This document shows, piece after piece, positions 57,455 through 63,153 of a stretch of DNA of 63,153 nucleotides; the stretch's first letter is position 1; every line of letters starts with the position of its first letter. A program made the translations under genes and the position numbers. Origin of the DNA: a virus. Lineage: Duplodnaviria; Caudoviricetes. The notes beneath the pieces were generated by a model, which was given only the letters and a program-made list of their open reading frames with translations, searched no databases and was not told the DNA's origin. The stretch spans positions 1 through 63,153 of the IMG/VR virus record IMGVR_UViG_3300037422_000132. One strand, 5' to 3'.

Positions 57455-57458
57455 CTGA

Positions 57459-58067
57459 TTAAGCCCCGCCAACCGGCGCGTTCGCGGTGAATTCGCGCTG
57501 CTGCGCCGTCGCTTCGACAACGTACTCCAGTTCCACGCCAAGGATGTTGATTTCGCTGGCGCTGGCGCCGCCCAAGGCGTCTGCTTCGAAGCAGAAAAGA
57601 ATGGCGATGTCGGAGGAAGTCAGCTTGGTGTGGCTAACCGACTTCTTCCAGTCCGTGACCTCGTAGCTGTTGACCGCCGTGGCAACGGTATGCGCATCGT
57701 GGGTCAATTCTTCATCAGGGGTAGAATTGGCCGCCGACATGGCCTCCAGCTTTGCGATCGCCTTGTAATGCGTCTTAAAAACAGGGGCATCTGCATCGGC
57801 CGACGTGTGGATGAAGTGATACCTCGCCCGGAACGGCTCTTTGCGGTCCATATCGCGGGGAATGGGCCATAAATGGAAAACTTCGTTGCCGGCCGCGTTC
57901 ACAACGAGCCCGGACAACTGAGAGGCGGCCACGGCTTCCCCCATGACGGGGGTGCCGGCGCCGAGGGAGGTTTGCGTCCCGGTGGCATCCTGTAAACCCG
58001 AAAAGCTACGGGCCTGGATGAACTCTCGCTTGGTCTTCCAAGCGATGTTTCTGTCTCGAACAGGCAT
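57459..58067 (-). CDS. Putative capsid decoration protein
   Basis: AAGGAG RBS, directly after the major capsid gene, beta-rich. Confidence 0.6.
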   Translation of the reverse strand: MPVRDRNIAWKTKREFIQARSFSGLQDATGTQTSLGAGTPVMGEAVAASQLSGLVVNAAGNEVFHLWPIPRDMDRKEPFRARYHFIHTSADADAPVFKTHYKAIAKLEAMSAANSTPDEELTHDAHTVATAVNSYEVTDWKKSVSHTKLTSSDIAILFCFEADALGGASASEINILGVELEYVVEATAQQREFTANAPVGGA

Positions 58068-58132
58068 GATATTGCTCCTTCCGTGATAGTTGGCCCCCCA
58101 AGCGGGGATACTTGAAGGATGGTGATTGGTTA

Positions 58133-58168
58133 GAGCCGGGCCGCCCTCGCCAAAGTTTGGCCCGGCTC
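58133..58168 (-). other. Hairpin downstream of the major capsid gene
   Basis: GAGCCGGGCC/GGCCCGGCTC 10-bp stem; no U tract. Confidence 0.5.
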
Positions 58169-58200
58169 CATCGTTGGCCCTCATGCGGCCTTACGTTCGA

Positions 58201-59520
58201 TTAGGTGTAGAGATTCGGCTCCACCAAATCTTTGACGAGCGTGAGGCAGTTCCGCTGTTCCGCGCCGAGGTTGGTATAAACGCGAAGGAACTGATCCCAC
58301 TCGTCGTATCCGGCCCGCTGGTGGATCTGCTGGTCCAGGTTGCCCCAGCCCAACGGGGTCATTTCGTATTTCTGGATAACGCCGTCCGGTTCGCAGTAAA
58401 TCTTGTTCGGGGAAAGGTCGGGATCGATGACCATTTTCACCGAACCGTCACCGCCGGCAAAGGTCAACGTCTCGTAGCCGCCCCGGAGTTCAGTGGGCGC
58501 GAAACGCACGTCCGGCAGAAGGATATTGGCGTACTTTCGGCGCTGGCCAAGACCCATGCGCATGGTCTTGACGCTGAAACCGGACTGAGTGCGGGTCAGG
58601 TCGAGCGCCTGGAGCATGAGCTCTAGGGTAAGCTCGCGGTTTGAGCCCGAATTGTGGAGAATGTTCGCCCGCCATTGCGGGAAGTTGGCAACCGTGATGT
58701 TTTCGAAGGTCGCCAGAAGTGTGCCGTCGTCGTAAATGCCGTCCAGCCCGGTTATTTCAACCGGAACGTTGCTGGTGGCATGGGTGGCCTCGCGGGCGCC
58801 AGAGCGCACGACAAAGCTGCCGGAGGCAACCGTATCGGTGGCGATGGTGTAGCTGCGCGCGGCGACGATCGGATGGGTGGCCTTGAAGGTGCCTTCATTG
58901 GGCTCCATTTCGGCCGTCTTCCCGATGAAGTCCACCGTCGCAATACGGCTGGCAACGGAGGATTGGTCGATCGCGGTCGTTTGGTAGAAGTCAACGACCA
59001 TGCCCGGAATGAGACGGCGGCAACCCAAGTCGTTATTCAGGGTGATCGTCCAGGTAGTTGCGGAAGTGGTGAGAGCATCAGAAGTCGCGCTCAGGGTTCC
59101 CAGCAAGCCGAAACCGTCGCCGCAAGACTGCCGGTTGAGGTCGTTGATGAGGCTCTGATAGATGTCGTCCACGGCATCCGCCAAGCCATCGACGAAAGCC
59201 GCAGTATTTCCCTTGGCCGATTCGATCGCGGGGCCGGTCAGCCGGAGAACGCCATAGACGAACTTCGGCTTAATCGTCCCCTGATCGTATTTGCCGGCCA
59301 CGGGCTCCGGCAAGAGTTCCGACTCGCGCCGGGCGCCGACGCCCTGGGCGCGGGCGTAGCGCATGCCGAAGACGTAACCAAACCCGCTCGGCTTGCGCTC
59401 GGACTTTCCAAATTGGTTGTAGGTTGTGCGCTCATCGGCGAATTGGGCCTTGAGCCCCTCGCCGTAAACGTTTTTCAACTGATCTTGAATAGAGGTAAGG
59501 TCATGGTACTGTCCGGGCAT
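58201..59520 (-). CDS. Major capsid protein (HK97 fold)
   Basis: LKNVY..LNRQSCGDGFGLL..EITGLDGI..NLGAEQRNC pattern; after portal and scaffold; GGAGG RBS. Confidence 0.9.
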   Translation of the reverse strand: MPGQYHDLTSIQDQLKNVYGEGLKAQFADERTTYNQFGKSERKPSGFGYVFGMRYARAQGVGARRESELLPEPVAGKYDQGTIKPKFVYGVLRLTGPAIESAKGNTAAFVDGLADAVDDIYQSLINDLNRQSCGDGFGLLGTLSATSDALTTSATTWTITLNNDLGCRRLIPGMVVDFYQTTAIDQSSVASRIATVDFIGKTAEMEPNEGTFKATHPIVAARSYTIATDTVASGSFVVRSGAREATHATSNVPVEITGLDGIYDDGTLLATFENITVANFPQWRANILHNSGSNRELTLELMLQALDLTRTQSGFSVKTMRMGLGQRRKYANILLPDVRFAPTELRGGYETLTFAGGDGSVKMVIDPDLSPNKIYCEPDGVIQKYEMTPLGWGNLDQQIHQRAGYDEWDQFLRVYTNLGAEQRNCLTLVKDLVEPNLYT

Positions 59521-59551
59521 TTTTCATTCCTCCGTAGGGATGTGGCGGCCC

Positions 59552-60424
59552 CTACTGTCCCCCGCCGCCGCGTAACAGTGGCGGCAATAAGGCATGCAAG
59601 AGTCGCCGGGATTCTTTCAAATTTTTGGGTTTTTGGTCTTGTGCTACCGGAGGTTGAGCGTTGTTTGTAGCCGGAACCTGGGGGATGTCGGCCTTGCCGT
59701 TTCGATAGAGCGTTATCACGAGGTCGGCGAACTGCTTAACTCGCGCGATCCCGTGCTCCTTAGTGAGTTTTTTGACAGCCGAACGGTCAAGAATGTTTAT
59801 GTTATTGACCGGGCTTTCCACTCCCATCAACTCGTTCAGGAATGGCAAATACTCCTTCGGGAAGCTGCTATCAGTCGCCGCCGCCGCGCTAACCGTTGAG
59901 GCGTAATCGGTGAGCGCCTTTTGGGCTTCGGCGGCTTTCCTTTGCCGGGCTTCGATTTTGGTTTTCTTGGTTCGTTCTTCCTCCAACTCACGGTCCAACC
60001 GCGCGATCGTTTCCTCCGGCGTCTCCTTCTCGCGTTGCTTGGCCCGCTTTTCCTTCTCCCATTCCTTATTGAAACGGGTCAGGGTTTCTTTGGCCTTGAC
60101 CAATTCCTCCGGGTCTTCGTCCCCGATCACGCCCCTGATTTCAGCAAGGGAATCGATGAAATCGGCGAGTTCTTCGGGCGAATTCAAGCCGTGCTTGTCC
60201 AGAATGGAATTGATGAAGTCCGTGGTCGCCGGGCGATCGTTGCCCCCCGGCTTGGGCTCGGCGCCTGCTTTCGGGTCCGCCGTTCCCCCTCCGGCCTTTC
60301 CGTCGGACGAAGGCGGCTGGTTGCCGCCCTCCTTCGGCGGTGTGGACGAAGAAGGGGTCGAGCCCCCCGGAGTCATGGCGCCGGTCGATGAAAGGTTAAT
60401 CATGGTGCTGTCGATGATGCTCAT
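59552..60424 (-). CDS. Scaffolding protein
   Basis: Disordered N-terminus, charged coiled coil, KPKNLKESRR C-terminal helix; between portal and capsid. Confidence 0.75.
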   Translation of the reverse strand: MSIIDSTMINLSSTGAMTPGGSTPSSSTPPKEGGNQPPSSDGKAGGGTADPKAGAEPKPGGNDRPATTDFINSILDKHGLNSPEELADFIDSLAEIRGVIGDEDPEELVKAKETLTRFNKEWEKEKRAKQREKETPEETIARLDRELEEERTKKTKIEARQRKAAEAQKALTDYASTVSAAAATDSSFPKEYLPFLNELMGVESPVNNINILDRSAVKKLTKEHGIARVKQFADLVITLYRNGKADIPQVPATNNAQPPVAQDQKPKNLKESRRLLHALLPPLLRGGGGQ

Positions 60425-60503
60425 GGGTTCCGCCTTTCGGTTTGCCGTTGCTGAAAATGGGCCTCCATGCTCAAAACGGCATTTGGTTTATGTTGCCCTG
60501 GGG

Positions 60504-60554
60504 AAAAAAAGAGGCGCAAAATACGGGAGTACGCCCGTACTTGCGCCTCTTTTT
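60504..60554 (-). terminator. Intrinsic terminator between portal and scaffold genes
   Basis: GAGGCGCAAGTACGGG-loop-CCCGTATTTTGCGCCTC-T7 on the minus strand; T5 on the plus strand. Confidence 0.8.
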
Positions 60555-60635
60555 AACTTCGATGGTCGTTGGCTGGCCGGCCAAGCAACCATACCCCAGC
60601 TTGTCGCCTAACCCGCCACACTACTAATTGTGGTA

Positions 60636-60665
60636 ATTCTAACGTTGAAACGCTAAGCAAGTCAA
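60636..60665 (-). promoter_or_regulatory. Putative sigma70 promoter just after the portal stop
   Basis: TTGACT-18 nt-TAGAAT. Confidence 0.55.
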
Positions 60666-60669
60666 GAAA

Positions 60670-62835
60670 TTATTGCGCCGTCGGAGGTGATTCGACCGCC
60701 GGGGAACCCCCTTCCGTGAACACGTTGGGAACGTACCCGTTAACGGGCTCGGCTGGCGGTGGCGGCGCTGGCCCTGTCTCTGCTGAAGCGCTCGCTACCG
60801 CTCCGGCCCTTTTCCCTTCCATGTCGGCGGCGGCCTGGGCTGCTTCCATAGCCTGTTTCGCCATCTCCATTTTCATCGTCCATTGATGATAGTCGGTGTG
60901 AACTGTCAGCGCGGACTGGAGTTCAGGATGCAGGTATTTGAACTCCGTGGACAGGATGAAACGTCGGTGTATCTCAAAATGAGTGGCATGATCGTCGTAG
61001 CGGAAAACCGGATCATCCTCCAGGACAATGCCTTCCTCGCCCATCGCCGGCGCCCCCATCGCCGCGAACAAGCCCGGAACCACGGGAACGGCGATTATCC
61101 CGTCTTCTGCCTGAATTTTAACGACCTTCATATCGGCCGGATCCATGTTCGCAATCATATCATTTTCGTTCATGGCCCGTGCCGCATCGGCGTTGGTCTT
61201 GTCCTTGAACCCTGAAAGCCCCACGCGCCTCAAAATCTCTTGCTTGAATTCCGGGTCCATTTCGCTTTCGGGTGAGAAAAAGTTTTGCTCCACCAATTTC
61301 AGGATCATGTTGGTTTGCCCGGCCCTCGTACTGGCCGCGCCGCTGGCCAACTCGATCCGAACGTCAGTATTGTTGCGGATGTCGGAGCCCTTAAACTTTC
61401 GGACCTTCGGACGGCCGCCCTGGTCTGGAATTTTAATCATCCGTTCCTCGGTGTAGACCTCTTGGGCAAGAATCAACTGCTTGCGCTTGACACGCTTGTA
61501 GGCCCGGTAAAAGCGGTCAATGTCTGGAAGGTGGCCTTGCTCGGCCGCGTCCCGGAGGATGTCCACCATGACCCCGGACGCCTGGGCGTTGGGGGATTTA
61601 CCGCGTAGGACGTTCTTCGGGTCGCCGCTCGCGTCCTGGGCGTTTTGCAGATGCACCATGCGCTCATCGAGAACTTGGCTGGGAAGCGCTATTCCTCGCC
61701 CGATTTCGGGCTTTGAACCTCCGGACAAAAGCGCATCGTACTGGATCACCATGACAGACTGACCGAATTTGGTAAGCTTCTTCATAACTACGTCGGTCGG
61801 AACGATCACGAGGGGCTTGCCCACACCCTTGCGGTTGACGCTCAAATCCTGGTCGATTTCGTTGATGGAGTTCTGAGGGGAAATGAGGTCGTTCACGCCA
61901 GAATCAGACCAAAAACGTCCCGGAACGAAGTGATAATGAAAGTCGGTCAGCGAGTAGTCCCATTTGCCATCCTTGGAAACCTTGATCGGCATGCGGTCGT
62001 AGTTGAAAATCACCGTATCATCCACCATCGCCGCATAACGCCCGTTCTGGTCTTTCTTGGTCGGACGCATTTCGATTTCCTTAAAAATAACCATGTCCTC
62101 ATCGTCTTGAATCGATTGGCTGAAATCCAGCCCGTCGCCCTTCCAGGGGGAAACGTTCGCCACGAGCCGGGCAAGCTGGCGCTCGTAGTCGATCATGGTC
62201 TGATCGGATCCAGTGACCTTGACCTTAAACGTGTCCTCAACCCACTCTTTCGGCCGCAAGGATTTTATGCCGATGTAGCGTTTCGCCCTGAGCGTGTCGC
62301 CGTGCTTATCCACCACGACCGAAAACGAGGAAAGCGACTCGGAAACCACGTTGCCGGTCTTGATCGGGTTGCCCTGCTTGTCGAACATCCATGCGTCGTC
62401 TTCCATGTTGACATACGTTCGATCAAAGGCGGTCCCGGTCAGGATCATCCAAATGGCGATCTTCTCTTTTTCGTCGAGGTGCCGCTCGTCGTCCCACGTC
62501 TCCAGCCATCGGAGGAAGCTTTCCGCCATGTCGGCCGCTTCACGGTCTTCCTGGTCGTTCGAGTTTGGCCAAATGTTGACCGTGTAATCTTTGTTGAGGA
62601 TAAGGGATTTGATCGACCTACAGAAATCACGGATGATATTCGCTACGGGGGTTGGCAAATACGGAGACGGCATCAGGCGCCGGAACGTGTTTTGCCCACG
62701 GACCCACTCGAACCACTGTTCGCCGAGATAGTACAGAATGTTCCTGAACCAAACCCGGTGCAAAAGCTGCATTTCGATTTGCCGGCGGTCGTTGAACAGC
62801 TTATCGAAAATACCTTTGAGTGTGCTCTCATCCAT
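60670..62835 (-). CDS. Portal protein (P22-like)
   Basis: 721 aa; NILYYLGEQW, PNSNDQEDREAA, GRFWSDSGVNDLISPQNSIN, SGVMVDIL, DDHATH motifs. Confidence 0.9.
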   Translation of the reverse strand: MDESTLKGIFDKLFNDRRQIEMQLLHRVWFRNILYYLGEQWFEWVRGQNTFRRLMPSPYLPTPVANIIRDFCRSIKSLILNKDYTVNIWPNSNDQEDREAADMAESFLRWLETWDDERHLDEKEKIAIWMILTGTAFDRTYVNMEDDAWMFDKQGNPIKTGNVVSESLSSFSVVVDKHGDTLRAKRYIGIKSLRPKEWVEDTFKVKVTGSDQTMIDYERQLARLVANVSPWKGDGLDFSQSIQDDEDMVIFKEIEMRPTKKDQNGRYAAMVDDTVIFNYDRMPIKVSKDGKWDYSLTDFHYHFVPGRFWSDSGVNDLISPQNSINEIDQDLSVNRKGVGKPLVIVPTDVVMKKLTKFGQSVMVIQYDALLSGGSKPEIGRGIALPSQVLDERMVHLQNAQDASGDPKNVLRGKSPNAQASGVMVDILRDAAEQGHLPDIDRFYRAYKRVKRKQLILAQEVYTEERMIKIPDQGGRPKVRKFKGSDIRNNTDVRIELASGAASTRAGQTNMILKLVEQNFFSPESEMDPEFKQEILRRVGLSGFKDKTNADAARAMNENDMIANMDPADMKVVKIQAEDGIIAVPVVPGLFAAMGAPAMGEEGIVLEDDPVFRYDDHATHFEIHRRFILSTEFKYLHPELQSALTVHTDYHQWTMKMEMAKQAMEAAQAAADMEGKRAGAVASASAETGPAPPPPAEPVNGYVPNVFTEGGSPAVESPPTAQ

Positions 62836-62913
62836 TTACTTCCTCCTGAATCCCTGCCGGCAAAGTGGTTTAAGTGTCTGGTCGCTTCATCGCGGTCGTG
62901 GAAAGGTGCGCTT

Positions 62914-63153
62914 TCATATTAGATTTTCGATAACCTTTCTCGTAACATCGCGGATACGGGCCGCAAGCGACGTGAGCCTTGGCGGCAGATCGTTTAGGTA
63001 ATGACTTAGGCACGGGGATACCGGCCCGGACCCTGAACCAACCACTTTCGGCGCATCCAGCCCGCACAAACGATCAATCAAGTCCTCGCAGTTATTGAGG
63101 GCCTCGTAAACATCGTCAAACGACGACTCGGCCATGTCGAGTCTGGTTGACGT
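62914..63153 (-). CDS. 3' part of the junction-spanning hypothetical protein
   Basis: In frame with 1..373 through the terminal repeat. Confidence 0.7.
   Translation of the reverse strand, partial: TSTRLDMAESSFDDVYEALNNCEDLIDRLCGLDAPKVVGSGSGPVSPCLSHYLNDLPPRLTSLAARIRDVTRKVIENLI
63012..63153. repeat. Terminal direct repeat, right copy
   Basis: Matches 1-142 with one mismatch. Confidence 0.95.

Noticed and set aside
60428-60450. GGCAAACC-GAAA-GG resembling a c-di-GMP-I riboswitch P2 stem
   Set aside because: Stem too short and the downstream GCAAAG/P3 elements are absent
37000-62900. Many long antisense or alternate-frame ORFs (e.g. 39599..40717, 44840..46054, 58654..59670, 61930..62922)
   Set aside because: Shadows of GC-rich coding genes; no convincing RBS and non-protein-like composition
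1-63153. tRNA, CRISPR array, integrase, DNA or RNA polymerase
   Set aside because: No recognisable motifs found by eye; a tRNAscan/HMM search would be needed to exclude them formally

Overview
The window is an apparently complete, circularly closed genome of a tailed dsDNA phage. The first 142 nt are repeated at the end, giving a unit length of about 63,011 bp. Organisation is podovirus-like: portal, scaffold, capsid, adaptor, nozzle and internal ejection proteins, with no tape measure or sheath. Back-to-back sigma70-type promoters at ~12.7-12.8 kb drive two arms. The rightward arm (12.8-22.4 kb) carries a methyltransferase, a putative annealase, a split Rad50/SbcC ATPase, NinB-like and HNH-like genes, UvrD, DUF5131 and MazG. 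The leftward arm (~53 kb) carries an HTH regulator, lambda O/P-like replication genes, RusA, lysis genes, terminase and, across the junction, the virion genes. No integrase, tRNA, CRISPR or reverse transcriptase was seen. The most striking locus is a pair of giant polyvalent ejection-type proteins: one of 1374 aa (HExxH peptidase) and one of 4322 aa (adenine methyltransferase plus strawberry-notch helicase). By my reading each has exactly one cysteine, at the facing termini. They are separated by an inserted five-gene structural cassette, and the larger gene hides a nested out-of-frame ORF with its own ribosome-binding site. All family assignments come from motif recognition by eye, not database searches.
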